This document shows positions 9,924-21,805 of a stretch of 64,000 bases of DNA, piece by piece. Origin of the DNA: an uncultured Candidatus Binatia bacterium (GTDB lineage: Bacteria > Desulfobacterota > Binatia > UBA9968 > JAJDTQ01). Numbering within the stretch: the stretch's first letter is position 1; every line of letters begins with the position of its first letter. A program made the position numbers and the translations under genes. The DNA is taken from the NCBI GenBank assembly GCA_964291295.2, contig OZ219754.1:960001-1024000 (forward strand), given 5' to 3'. Below the pieces are notes generated by a model. It did not search any database. It was given only the letters and a program-made list of their open reading frames with translations, and was not told where the DNA came from.

Positions 9924-10110
9924 CCGGGGCGGGCGGAAGCAAGCGGAGTGGGCCGACGTCTTTGCCGGGTTCCGATCTGGGGAGAGGCGTCGGGCACGCG
10001 AGAGGCATCCGTCGCGCGAGCAGAGACGATGATGCCGAACCGGGCGCGGCGGCGCGCCCGGGGCGCGGTGTTGAACAATGCGGTTTTGAACAGGTGGAGG
10101 ACGAATTCAA

Positions 10111-11716
<1,606 letters not shown>

Positions 11717-11739
<23 letters not shown>

Positions 11740-12850
11740 GGGAAAGTTCCCGCCCGACCAGCGTCTCGACTGGCCGAAGCTGATCCCGTTCATCGGGCCG
11801 GCGTCCGCGGCGCTGGCGCGTTATGACGGGATGCTCGCCGCAATTCCGAACTCCGGTGTTCTGCTGGCGCCGCTGGCCACCCGGGAGGCGGTGCTCTCTT
11901 CGAGGATCGAGGGCACGCAGGCCACCATGGGAGAGGTGCTGCAATTCGAGGCCGGGCGGGAACCCGCCTCATCGGAACGGCGCGAGGACATCCTCGAAGT
12001 GCTCAACTACCGGGACGCCATGCGGCGGGCGGCAAGGATGCTTGATGAGTTGCCGCTGAGTCAGCGCGTTGTCCGCGAGGCGCATCGCGTATTGCTTGCC
12101 GGGGTGCGTGGCCGAGGCAAGTCGCCCGGTGCCTACCGGCGCGTCCCCAACTGGATCGGACCGCCCGGCTGCACCGTTGATAACGCCCGGTTCGTCCCCG
12201 TCGGCGCGGAAAGGTTGCCCGACGCCATGAGCGCCTGGGAGCGCTACTTCCACGAGGAGGCACCCGATCGGCTGGTGCAACTCGCCATTCTGCATGCCGA
12301 GTTCGAGGCCCTGCATCCGTTTCTGGACGGCAACGGACGCCTGGGACGGATGCTGGTGCCCCTCTTTCTTTGGCAGGCCGGCCTCATCCGGGCACCCGTG
12401 TTTTACATCAGCGCCTATTTCGAGGCCCGGCGCGATGCCTACTACGACGGGTTGCTCGCCGTGTCCCGGGATGACGACTGGACCGGTTGGTGCCGCTTCT
12501 TTCTGGAAGCGGTGCGCATGCAAGCCGAGGACAACCTGGGAAAAACCGACAGGATTCTCAAGCTGTATGAAGGGATGAAGGGCCGCATGCCGGCCATGAC
12601 GCGCTCCCAATACGCCATCCGCGCGTTGGACTGGATATTCGAGTGGCCGATCTTCAGGACCACCGATTTCATCGCCGCCGCAGGCATTCCAAAGCCCACC
12701 GCGCGACGGATCCTCAAGGTTCTGCGCGAAGGCGGCATCCTGGAGGTCATCATCAAGGGCCAGGGCCGCCGGCCTTCCGTCCTGGCGTTCCCCGCGTTGC
12801 TGGACATCACGGAGGGGGCGGGGGAGGGAGAGGATGAGGGTGGATTTTGA
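11717..12850 (+). CDS. Fic family protein (Fic_N + Fic + C-terminal HTH)
   Basis: [22 protein letters not shown] inhibitory-type motif; GGAGG before ATG 11717. Confidence 0.92.
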
Positions 12851-13002
12851 GACTCACTGATGACAGACAAGATGCGTTGTGGGTCACTTTCGAGGGAAAT
12901 GTGGTCGACAAACCGCTTTGTTGCTCATTTATGACACACAACTGGCATTGTGGATCACTTTTGCCAGGAATATGATACACAAATCCCTTTGTGGGGCATG
13001 AC

Positions 13003-13033
13003 TGAGCGACAACGGAAGTGAGCGACAACGGAA
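13003..13033 (+). repeat. Tandem 15-bp direct repeat upstream of the HEPN gene
   Basis: TGAGCGACAACGGAA at 13003 and 13019. Confidence 0.7.
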
Positions 13034-13059
13034 CAGTAAGCGGCGCAGAGGGGCTGTTC

Positions 13060-13476
13060 ATGATCGACCATGAAAAATTCAAATCGTCCCTGAAACGTCT
13101 GGAGGAGCAACACGACAACTACCGGCCGCTGGACGAAAGCCTGCCCGAACTGAACCAGGAGGGAATCGCCGAGTCGGTTATCCAGCGTTTCGAGACCTGC
13201 TACGACTGCATGTGGAAGGTGCTGAAAAGATATCTCAACGAGAAATTGGGTATTGCCGACGTGCCCAACAGCCCCAAGCCTCTCATCAGGGTAGCTTATG
13301 AAAACGGCTTGTTCGCTTCCCCGTTGGAAGACTGGCTGGAATATGCCGAAGCACGCATCAATACGTCGCACGATTACGACGGCGCGAAGGCGAAAGCCTG
13401 CTTGGCATTGATGCCCGCATTCATCGACGACGCCATAGGTCTGTACCAGACCATAACCGAGCAAACATGGGAATAG
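13060..13476 (+). CDS. HEPN toxin, HI0074/HepT-like (nucleotidyltransferase substrate-binding family)
   Basis: IQRFETCYDCMWKVLKRYL, SPKPLIR and RINTSHDY = RX4HXY. Confidence 0.88.
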   Translation: MIDHEKFKSSLKRLEEQHDNYRPLDESLPELNQEGIAESVIQRFETCYDCMWKVLKRYLNEKLGIADVPNSPKPLIRVAYENGLFASPLEDWLEYAEARINTSHDYDGAKAKACLALMPAFIDDAIGLYQTITEQTWE

Positions 13477-15137
13477 GCCCCTCCATCGACATCACCGCCG
13501 GGCAACGCAGAACCATCCTGGCGCTGCTCGAACGCCACCTCCCGGATACCGAGGCTTGGGTATACGGCTCCCGGCTCAAAGGGACCTCTCGCCCGCAATC
13601 CGACCTCGACATGGTGGTGTTCGCAACGCCCGGTCAGAAGCGCGCCGTGTCCGATCTCCGTGAGGCGTTCGAAGAAAGCAATCTCCCGTTCCGGGTGGAC
13701 CTGTTCGTCTGGGACGAGGTGCCGGAGTCGTTCCGGGGGCAGATTGAGGAGGAGCATGTGGTGCTGGTGCCGGACCGAAACAGGATGCAGACGGCGGTTT
13801 CGGCAAAGTGTGGTTGGCCAACCGCGACTATCCGTGAGATTTCCGAGAAAGTGGCCATGGGTCCCTTCGGATCGTCCATCAAGGTCGAGACCTTTGTTCC
13901 GGAGGGCGTGCCCATCATCAGTGGCCAACATCTTCACGGCGTTCGGGTCGACGACGCCCCTGGCTTCAACTTCATCACTCAAGAGCACGCGAAGCGGCTC
14001 GAAAACGCCAACGTTCGCCGTGGCGACGTGGTCTTCACTCATAGAGGCAACATAGGGCAGGTCGCCTATGTGCCGGAACGCTCGCGCTTCGACCGCTACA
14101 TCATTTCGCAGAGCCAGTTCTACATGCGTTGCGACAGATCAAAGGCTGTTCCCGAGTTTGTCGCCCTGTACTTCACTTCACCCGAAGGCCAGCACAAGCT
14201 GCTGGCCAACGCATCCCAAGTAGGGGTTCCGTCCATCGCGCAACCTGTAACCTATCTGCGCACAATCGAGATTCCTCTCCCTCCCCTCCCCGAACAACGC
14301 GCCATCGCCCACATCCTCGGCACACTGGACGACAAGATCGAGTTGAACCGACGAATGAACGAGACGCTGGAGGCGATGGCCCACGCCCTGTTCAAGTCCT
14401 GGTTCGTCGACTTCGACCCCGTCCGCGCCAAAATGGAGGGACGCGACACCGGACTGCCGGAGGAGATCGCCGATCTGTTTCCGGACCGGCTGGAGGAGTC
14501 CGAGTTGGGCGAGATTCCGGCGGGGTGGGAGGTCAGGACGTTGGGCGACATTTGTCACAAGCCGCAATACGGTTACACGGCTTCTGCCAAGGTTGACGCC
14601 GTAGGGCCACACTTCTTGAGAATAACGGACATTAACAAAGAGTCGTGGGTCTCCTGGTCTCGTGTGCCATACTGCGAAATAACAGAAAGTGATTTGCGGA
14701 AGTATCGACTCGAAAAAGGTGACATTCTTATCGCTCGGATGGCAGATCCTGGGCATGGTATCCTGGTTGAGGAGGACGTTGAGGCGGTTTTCGCGTCGTA
14801 CTTGATACGATTCAGGCCTACGAAGAGACACGATGCTCGAATATTGCAGTATTGGCTCAAGTCCGACAAGTACTGGCAATGGGTCAAGAGTCGAGCTTCG
14901 GGGACGACGAGGATGAGCCTAAACGCACCGGTGCTTAGTGGACTACCTGCTTTGGTTTCATCCGACGCCGTTGCAAAAGGGTTCTCGGCAGCGATCGACG
15001 TCTTTCGGGATCGGTTGGTTGTGATCGTCAAGGAGATGGAGTTGCTCAGCTCCTTGCGGGATATGCTGTTACCCAAACTAATATCCGGCGAAATCCGCAT
15101 TTGTGAGGGCAAGCGAAGGATGGGAGTGAAGCCATGA
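13467..15137 (+). CDS. hsdS: Fusion of MNT (MntA-like nucleotidyltransferase) and type I R-M specificity subunit
   Basis: N-terminal GSRLKGTSRPQSDLD = GSX10DXD and LPFRVD; then TRD1, conserved PLPPLPEQRAIAHILGTLDDKIELNRRMNETLE, GEIPAGW, TRD2, LRDMLLPKLISGEI. Confidence 0.9.
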   Translation: MGIGPSIDITAGQRRTILALLERHLPDTEAWVYGSRLKGTSRPQSDLDMVVFATPGQKRAVSDLREAFEESNLPFRVDLFVWDEVPESFRGQIEEEHVVLVPDRNRMQTAVSAKCGWPTATIREISEKVAMGPFGSSIKVETFVPEGVPIISGQHLHGVRVDDAPGFNFITQEHAKRLENANVRRGDVVFTHRGNIGQVAYVPERSRFDRYIISQSQFYMRCDRSKAVPEFVALYFTSPEGQHKLLANASQVGVPSIAQPVTYLRTIEIPLPPLPEQRAIAHILGTLDDKIELNRRMNETLEAMAHALFKSWFVDFDPVRAKMEGRDTGLPEEIADLFPDRLEESELGEIPAGWEVRTLGDICHKPQYGYTASAKVDAVGPHFLRITDINKESWVSWSRVPYCEITESDLRKYRLEKGDILIARMADPGHGILVEEDVEAVFASYLIRFRPTKRHDARILQYWLKSDKYWQWVKSRASGTTRMSLNAPVLSGLPALVSSDAVAKGFSAAIDVFRDRLVVIVKEMELLSSLRDMLLPKLISGEIRICEGKRRMGVKP

Positions 15138-15634
15138 CCGATGGACTGCTCACCGGTCCTGACCAAAAGGAAGGCCTGTCTCTCGTTTACGCCAAGGCTT
15201 TGGCGGTGCGCGCGGGCTACTCGGTTTCGGTGCCGGGGCCTGACCGAGACAGCGTCGATTTGCGGATTCACGCGGGCGGCGCGTACCGCCCGGCTCTGGA
15301 ACTGCAACTCAAGGCCACGGCCAGCTTCGGCCAGCCGAGAAACGGCACCCTGCCGTTTCGACTGTCCATGAAGAACTACAATGATCTTCGCGTCGAGACG
15401 CAGACGCCACGGCTGCTCGTGGTGCTGGAGCTTCCCAAGGAAGAGGCGCGTTGGTTGACCGTGACCAAGGAGAAGCTCGTTCTTCGGCGTCGAGCCTACT
15501 GGCTGAGCTTGCAACAGGACCATGAGGAAATCACAGGCCAGAGGACAGTAACCGTTCACATTCCCGAACAGAACCTACTCGATGTTGAGGCCCTGCAGAA
15601 GCTGATGGAACAGTCCAGGGTGGGAGAACTCTGA
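15134..15634 (+). CDS. Stand-alone DUF4365 (PD-(D/E)xK-like) protein
   Basis: DRDSVDL...ELQLKAT, NYNDLR, PRLLVVL, AYWLSL; ATGA overlap with hsdS. Confidence 0.82.
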   Translation: MTDGLLTGPDQKEGLSLVYAKALAVRAGYSVSVPGPDRDSVDLRIHAGGAYRPALELQLKATASFGQPRNGTLPFRLSMKNYNDLRVETQTPRLLVVLELPKEEARWLTVTKEKLVLRRRAYWLSLQQDHEEITGQRTVTVHIPEQNLLDVEALQKLMEQSRVGEL

Positions 15635-16782
15635 TGAAAGTCAGCATTGATGATCGTGGGGCGCTGATCGCGATTTCTCCGGCGGCGCTGTCTGCCTACG
15701 CCCGCAGCGCGGGTTGGAGCCAGCACGAAGTGTATCGTGAGCACTCCGACATCTATGTTGGCGAGGCGCTGCCGGAGATAATCGTTCCACGCACGACGCG
15801 CCTGGGAGACTATGCCAGTACGGTGGCGGCGTTGATCGAAACGTTTGCGCAAGTTGCCGGCCAGGATGAATTGACCGTGTTCCGCTCGCTGGTGACGACG
15901 GACCGCGACGTTATTCGTATTCGGGCGACGGGGACCGATGATGGCAGCCTGGGGTTGAACGATGGTGTGGACTTGATCGAAGGCGCCCGTGACATGGTGT
16001 TGTCGGCAGCGTGTTCACTCCAAGACCCGCGGCCGGTGCACCGCGCGGGAGCGAACAGGGAGGCAGCGGACCTGCTTCAGACGATGCGGCTTGGACAGAC
16101 GGCCCAAGGCAGCTTTGTGGTGGCATTGTTGACGCCGGTTGTGCCGCCGCCTATTCCGACATTGTTCAAAGACCCGGATGACCATAACGCGCCGATTGCC
16201 CGCCGGATGACGAGGCGTCTTGTCGAAGCGCTTGGTGCGGTGCGGCGGGCGGCGGAACGAGCGAGTTCCGGCGATGGCGATGTCTTCGAAGAGACGGTGG
16301 CCAGCGGGGTGAGCGCCAATCTCTGCGAAGCACTGGCCCGAATCATCAAGCCGTTTCCGGCGTTGGACGTTGATGTCTCTTGGGCTGGAACACGACCGAT
16401 GACGGTGCGAAGGAATGTTGTCCGTTTCGGTCAAGCGGATGCGGCACTGTTGCGTGAGGCTGCGCACTCGTTCCGCGAGCGCGCACCGAAACCCGACGTG
16501 TCTCTCTACGGCTTTGTTCACCTCCTGGAACGCGCAGAGAGCGATGCCCTTGGAACCATCCGACTCCGCACAGAAATCGACGGGCAACGGCAGTCGGTCG
16601 TGGCGGTCCTGGATCAGGTGGATTACGAGCGCGTGCTTGAAGCCCACAAGGCTCGGCTGCCTGTCGTGCTCAAGGGTGATCTTGAGCGTACAGGCCAGCG
16701 ATGGAGGCTGTTGAGTCCTCACGTTGAAGGCGTTTTGCGCGATGATGGGCAGGAAACGGAAGACGGACGGGAAGACGGATGA
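15634..16782 (+). CDS. Hypothetical protein coupled to DUF4365
   Basis: 382-aa ORF with TGATG overlap; GSFVV and GVSANLCEAL conserved-looking blocks; beta-rich C-terminus. Confidence 0.75.
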   Translation: MKVSIDDRGALIAISPAALSAYARSAGWSQHEVYREHSDIYVGEALPEIIVPRTTRLGDYASTVAALIETFAQVAGQDELTVFRSLVTTDRDVIRIRATGTDDGSLGLNDGVDLIEGARDMVLSAACSLQDPRPVHRAGANREAADLLQTMRLGQTAQGSFVVALLTPVVPPPIPTLFKDPDDHNAPIARRMTRRLVEALGAVRRAAERASSGDGDVFEETVASGVSANLCEALARIIKPFPALDVDVSWAGTRPMTVRRNVVRFGQADAALLREAAHSFRERAPKPDVSLYGFVHLLERAESDALGTIRLRTEIDGQRQSVVAVLDQVDYERVLEAHKARLPVVLKGDLERTGQRWRLLSPHVEGVLRDDGQETEDGREDG

Positions 16783-17011
16783 AGAGGGCGTGTCGCGATC
16801 CGGTGTTTTCGAAATCGCGGTCGAAACTGATCTCCGCCAGTGGCGGACACTGAATGTTGTGCTGCGGTAGGTACGAGGTACTACTTGGGACGTTGTGTTT
16901 ACACTTCCCACGCGAGCAGGTGACCCTGGGTTTTACACCGGATGAACACGCGGCCACGGTCTGCTGCCAAGTCCTGAAGGCGCCTTTGGCGAGCTTGGCA
17001 GGGGAGCGCCC

Positions 17012-18169
17012 GTGACCCGTGTCTCCATCAATCCCGAACTCCTCCGCTGGGCGCGCGAACGCGCCGGCGTGGCGCAGGAAGACTTGGCCGTTCGGTTCAA
17101 GAAGTTGCCTGCGTGGGAAACCGGCCAGGAGCGGCCCACGCTGAAGCAGGTGGAGGCGTTTGCCCACGCCGTCCATGTGCCAGTCGGCTATCTGTTCCTC
17201 TCGGAGCCGCCGGAGGAGGTCGTGCCCATCCCGGACTTCCGTACTTTTGCCGGCCACGCGACCACGCGGCCCAGCCCCAACCTGCTGGACACGATCTACG
17301 CCTGCCAGGAGCGGCAGAGCTGGTATCGGGACTTCGCCCGCGTCGCTGGGGAGTCGGAGCTCGGTTTTGTCGGCAGCGCGTCGGCGGAGGCGTCCCCTGA
17401 ACTGGTCGCGGCCGAGATGCGGGAGACCTTGGGTTTCGATTTGGTTGCCCGCCGAGAGTGTTTGACCTGGACCGACGCGCTGCGATTGTTCATCCGCAAA
17501 GCCGACGAGGCCGGTGTCCTCGTCATGGTGAGCGGTATCGTGATGAGCGACAACCACCGCCATCTCGATCCGGCCGAGTTCCGCGGCTTCGCAATTTGCG
17601 ATCCGCTCGCGCCGCTGGTTTTCGTCAACGGCAAGGACACGAAGGCAGCACAGATGTTCACGCTTGCCCACGAACTCGCACACGTCTGGCTCGGCGCCTC
17701 GGCCCTGTCGAACCTCGGTGCCGTGCCGGGAGCGGATTTCCGGCTCGAGGAGGTGTGGTGTAATGCGGTGGCGGCTGAGCTTCTGGTGCCACTGCATGCC
17801 TTGCGATCCGATCTGCGACGCAACGAACCGTTGCCGGACACGCTGGCCCGGTTGGCCCGCACTTTCAAGGTCAGCACGTTGGTCATCCTGCGCCGCCTGC
17901 TCGACTCGGGCTGGCTGAACCGCACGAGGTTTGACACCGCCTGGGCGCAAGAGAATGAACGTTTGCGGCGGCTCGTCCATGCGGGCGGTATTGCCGGCGG
18001 TGACTTCTATCGCACGACCGTCGCACGGGTCGGACGCCGGTTCGTACGCGCACTGGTGGCAAGCACGCTTGAGGGGCAGACGCTCTATCGAGACGCATTC
18101 CGGATGTTGGGCGTCAACAAGACCGAGACCTTCAACAATCTCGGGCGCGAAGCCAGGGTGATGGGATGA
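17012..18169 (+). CDS. XRE HTH + ImmA/IrrE zinc metallopeptidase
   Basis: LLRWARERAG...WETGQERPTLKQV HTH; FTLAHELAH (HEXXH); EVWCNAVAAELLVP. Confidence 0.92.
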   Translation: MTRVSINPELLRWARERAGVAQEDLAVRFKKLPAWETGQERPTLKQVEAFAHAVHVPVGYLFLSEPPEEVVPIPDFRTFAGHATTRPSPNLLDTIYACQERQSWYRDFARVAGESELGFVGSASAEASPELVAAEMRETLGFDLVARRECLTWTDALRLFIRKADEAGVLVMVSGIVMSDNHRHLDPAEFRGFAICDPLAPLVFVNGKDTKAAQMFTLAHELAHVWLGASALSNLGAVPGADFRLEEVWCNAVAAELLVPLHALRSDLRRNEPLPDTLARLARTFKVSTLVILRRLLDSGWLNRTRFDTAWAQENERLRRLVHAGGIAGGDFYRTTVARVGRRFVRALVASTLEGQTLYRDAFRMLGVNKTETFNNLGREARVMG

Positions 18170-18672
18170 GCGTCTGTCTCATCGATTCGAAGTTCTTCAT
18201 TCAGGCCAGGAATCTGCACTATGGTTTCGATTTCTGCCCCGCATTCCGGGACTGGCTGGTTGCGCAGAACGGCGCGGGCACGGTAGCGAGCATCAAGAAG
18301 GTCGCGGACGAACTGCAAGCCGGAGACGGCGAGTTGGCGAAGTGGGCCGCAGTTCGGGGCAGCGGATTTTTACTGCCACCAGATGGCACGGTGTTGCCTG
18401 CGCTTCACGCCGTGAGCGACTGGGCGAGCCGCCACGGATGCTAGCCAGCGGCGGTCTCAACCTTTCTGCAGGTTGCGGACTACTGGCTTGTCGCACATGC
18501 GTTGGCTCACGAATGCATCGTCGTCACGCACGAAGTCCCGGCCGACACCACCCGCAAGATCAAGATTCCGAACGCCTGCATCGGTCTCGGCATCCGCTGC
18601 ATGACCCCCTATGAAATGCTTCGCCGGGAGCGCGCGAGGTTTGTCTTGGGAACGGGCAGGGTGGCGGCCTGA
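18166..18672 (+). pseudogene. DUF4411 PIN-like protein interrupted by an in-frame TAG
   Basis: LIDSKFFIQARNLHYGFDFCPAF...GC*PAAVSTFLQVADYWLVAHA...VVTHE...KIKIPNAC; TAG at 18442-18444, same frame continues to TGA 18670-18672. Confidence 0.85.
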
Positions 18673-18905
18673 TGGCCAGAGTCACCGAATGCGAGGCGGA
18701 AGACGCCGCTTTCGATTGGCTGGCCGGGCTGGACCATGCTGTTTTGCACGGTGCGGAGGTCGGCCCGGATGGTCCGACGCTGGGGCGTAGCAGCTGCGAT
18801 GAGGTGCCCTTGACCAGTCGGCTCCGCGGTGCGCTCGCACGCCTCAACCCGCACCTGTCCACGGAGACGCTGGAGGATGCGTCGTTCAAAGTGTGGCAAA
18901 CTTCG
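18672..18905 (+). pseudogene. Decayed hsdR 5' fragment 1
   Basis: TECEAEDAAFDWLAGL..HGAEVGPD..RLRGALARLNPHL aligns with the HsdR N-terminus [37 protein letters not shown]. Confidence 0.8.
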
Positions 18906-18988
18906 ACGGGGGCGTGGGACGAGCCATGCCGGTGCGCTGCTGTTGCGACCGATGATCGCACGCAGCCGCCCCCAACTGTAAAGGATAT

Positions 18989-20272
18989 TTGAGGATGCAC
19001 TATGTCAATTCTGTCATTCCTTTGATGAAAGGGCCAATGGAATTGCGTTGCGGCGATGACAAGAGGCCTGGAGGCCCCACTGTTTCGGTTGTAGCCGAGA
19101 TGCCACTGTCACCGATGCCGCGTGTTCTTATCAAAATCCCACATCAAAGGCATCTGGGTATGCTTGATGAGAGTCCAGATCATGAAAAAACCGTCAGAAT
19201 GCGGCTGCTTGGCAGTTCGACGGATTTTGAAGGGTTTGAGGTACTTAAGAGGAAGACTGATTTCATGAACCAGACCACGACAGTCGAGCCGTCCCAGGAG
19301 CCGGTGACTACGAGAGATGCGGGCAGGCGTATGAGTAAAGTTCAATTTTCCATCATAAATTTCCCGAGCCAGCAAAAAGTATCGATAGACGTTTGCGTTG
19401 TTCCAGACTTGTGGAGAATAGAAATCACGCCCAAAGCGGAACTGGAAAAGACCCTAAAGGTGTTGAAATCCAATGGCGGATACGGACTCACACACGATGG
19501 AGTTCTCCAGAGGTCGGATGGCGGAATGTTCTCCGTCGGAGAATCTGAGGTACTCCTGAGAACTCTCTATTTTTTCCTGTCGTTCGCCCGGGGAGGGCGT
19601 TGCGGTGTGGGGCTCGCGAAGGGCTGGGATGAGGCGTGCAAAGAGGTTTGGACCCAGTGGGGAAGCTATCCCACGCATCCGTGGGTTTGGCTGTCCTCAT
19701 GGCTGGACCATCAGCGTAACAACGAAGCCAGTCTCGCTGAAGCATTCGCTGGTTTTTGGCGCAAGTTCAAGAATAAACTGTCTCCGACAGAGAACCCAAT
19801 TCTCATGGCGTTATACTGGTATATGCGGGCGAACGAGTCTGGCGACGACCCATATACAGCCATAATCTTAGTTCAGGCGGCTCTCGAAAGGCTATCGTGC
19901 GAGGTTCTGTCGGCCTCAGAGCCGAGCGTGAAGGGTGGACAGAGAGAGAAAATCAGTGCGGCATGTAAAATCAGCAAGGCACTTCGGGAGGCACACATCG
20001 ATGCGGCTGTTCCCGCGAAGTGCAAAGAGTTGTTGGCTCTAAAGAAAAAGGATGGTCCCCATCTACTAGCTTACATACGGAACGATCTCGTTCATTCCAG
20101 GATGGACCGATACATGTCCCCGGAAGCGTACATGCAGGCTCGAGAGCTGGGCTTGTGGTATGTCGAACTGCTGCTATTGCGGCTGATTGATTATAAAGGA
20201 CAATACGCCAATCGGATTACCTATATGTACAAAGACAGAAAGGAGCCCGAGCTCGTTCCTTGGGCATGTTGA
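18989..20272 (+). CDS. ApeA-like protein with C-terminal HEPN domain
   Basis: LYFFLSFARG, ALYWY, VQAALE and RNDLVH (RX4H); visibly AT-richer than flanks; start uncertain. Confidence 0.7.
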   Translation: MRMHYVNSVIPLMKGPMELRCGDDKRPGGPTVSVVAEMPLSPMPRVLIKIPHQRHLGMLDESPDHEKTVRMRLLGSSTDFEGFEVLKRKTDFMNQTTTVEPSQEPVTTRDAGRRMSKVQFSIINFPSQQKVSIDVCVVPDLWRIEITPKAELEKTLKVLKSNGGYGLTHDGVLQRSDGGMFSVGESEVLLRTLYFFLSFARGGRCGVGLAKGWDEACKEVWTQWGSYPTHPWVWLSSWLDHQRNNEASLAEAFAGFWRKFKNKLSPTENPILMALYWYMRANESGDDPYTAIILVQAALERLSCEVLSASEPSVKGGQREKISAACKISKALREAHIDAAVPAKCKELLALKKKDGPHLLAYIRNDLVHSRMDRYMSPEAYMQARELGLWYVELLLLRLIDYKGQYANRITYMYKDRKEPELVPWAC

Positions 20273-20295
20273 CGAGAGTGACGAATGAACCGCTA

Positions 20296-20399
20296 TTCCG
20301 CCGAGTCCGAGGTAGAGGCCGCTGCCCTCGAATGGCTTGCGAGTCTCGGCCGGTGGGGTCGTCCAAGATCCAGATATTGTTCCCGACACGCTCGGTACC
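20296..20399 (+). pseudogene. Decayed hsdR 5' fragment 2
   Basis: CCGAGTCCGAGGTAGAGGCCGCTGCCCTCGAATGGCT closely matches hsdR 24012-24048; similarity with indels runs to CCCGACAC. Confidence 0.85.
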
Positions 20400-20565
20400 T
20401 ATTGGGACGGGATTGTTGCTTATTGCTACCATCGGGAATTTCGTTGCGGGAGTTGCGGAAGCTGGTTTGCGTTGCCAAGTTGAGAAATAGTTCGCTGCTT
20501 GCCTCTTGAAACTTGGACCGCCTGGTTGACGGGAAGCAAACCGCCCGATCTTCGGAGATAGTGCA

Positions 20566-21804
20566 ATGAGTGTAATGACCCCCGAACACAACGCACCGCC
20601 GCGGATGGAGCGCCTCAAGGTGCGAAATTTCCGCGCATTGCGCGACGTCGAGTTCAAGCACCTGACGCCGCTTACCGTGTTGATCGGGCCAAACGGCAGC
20701 GGAAAGTCCACGGTGTTCGACGTGTTCGCCTTTCTCGCCGAGTGTTTCGAGGGCGGTTTGCGCCGGTCGTGGGAGAAACGCGGCAAGGCGAGAGAGTTGA
20801 AATCGCGTGGCGGAGAAGGCCCGATTCTGATCGAAATTGCCTACCGCGAACAGCCACACAAGCCGCTGATCACCTATCACCTCGAACTGGACGAGAGACA
20901 CGGGCGGCCTGTGGTGAAGCGGGAATGGCTGGGCTGGAAGCGTGGAAGCGATGGGAGACCGTTCAATTTTCTCGACTATGCCGAGGGAGGTGGGCGCGTC
21001 GTTTCGGGTGAACTGCCGGATGCCGATGACGAGCGGATCGAAGTGCCCTTGAGTTCTCCCGACATCCTTGCGGTCAACGCACTGGGCCAGTTGGCCGAGA
21101 ATCCCCGCGTCGTCGCGCTGCGCAATTTCATCATGGGATGGCATGTGGCCTGTCTTTCGTCGGAGGAGGCCAGGGGAGAGCCCGAGGCCGGGCCTCAGGA
21201 ACGTCCGAGCAGGGCTGGAGACAACTTGGCCGATGTGATCCAGTACCTGTCCGACGAGCATCCCGAACGCCTGGAGTTCATTTTCGGCAAGCTCAGGGAC
21301 AGGATTCCCAAGTTCGAGGCCTTGACCGCGAATCCAATGCCGGATGGCAGGCTGCTGATGCGGATCAAGGATGCCCCGTTTGCCGAGCCGGTCATGGCTC
21401 GGTTCGCGTCGGATGGCACGCTCAAGATGCTCGCCTGCCTGACCTTGCTGCACGACCCGGTTCCGGCTCCGTTTATTGGCATCCAGGAGCCGGAGAATTT
21501 TCTGCATCCCCGCCTGCTGTACGGGCTGGCGGAAGAATGCCGAGAGGCGGCCGGGTCCACACATGTCCTCGTGACCACGCATTCACCGTTCTTTCTCGAC
21601 GCGCTGCGGCCTGATGAAGTGCGGGTGCTTTGGCGCGGCGAGGACGGCTACACGCGATGTCACTCCCTGAAAGATGACGAAAAGGTCAGGGCGTTCATGG
21701 ATGCCGGCGCCCAGTTGGGTCATCTCTGGATGGAAGGGCAGTTCGGGGTCGGAGACCCGTTGACCGAGTGCGGAATGCCCGCTCAGGGTGGAGGCGGAAA
21801 CTGA
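20566..21804 (+). CDS. AAA_21/AAA_15-type ABC ATPase
   Basis: [20 protein letters not shown] signature, IGIQEPEN (Walker B with Q), TTHSP. Confidence 0.9.
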   Translation: MSVMTPEHNAPPRMERLKVRNFRALRDVEFKHLTPLTVLIGPNGSGKSTVFDVFAFLAECFEGGLRRSWEKRGKARELKSRGGEGPILIEIAYREQPHKPLITYHLELDERHGRPVVKREWLGWKRGSDGRPFNFLDYAEGGGRVVSGELPDADDERIEVPLSSPDILAVNALGQLAENPRVVALRNFIMGWHVACLSSEEARGEPEAGPQERPSRAGDNLADVIQYLSDEHPERLEFIFGKLRDRIPKFEALTANPMPDGRLLMRIKDAPFAEPVMARFASDGTLKMLACLTLLHDPVPAPFIGIQEPENFLHPRLLYGLAEECREAAGSTHVLVTTHSPFFLDALRPDEVRVLWRGEDGYTRCHSLKDDEKVRAFMDAGAQLGHLWMEGQFGVGDPLTECGMPAQGGGGN

Positions 21805-21805
21805 T

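Noticed and set aside
18442-18444. Programmed amber readthrough (pyrrolysine) in DUF4411
   Set aside because: No pyl genes seen; the gene has other degenerate residues, so a nonsense mutation is simpler
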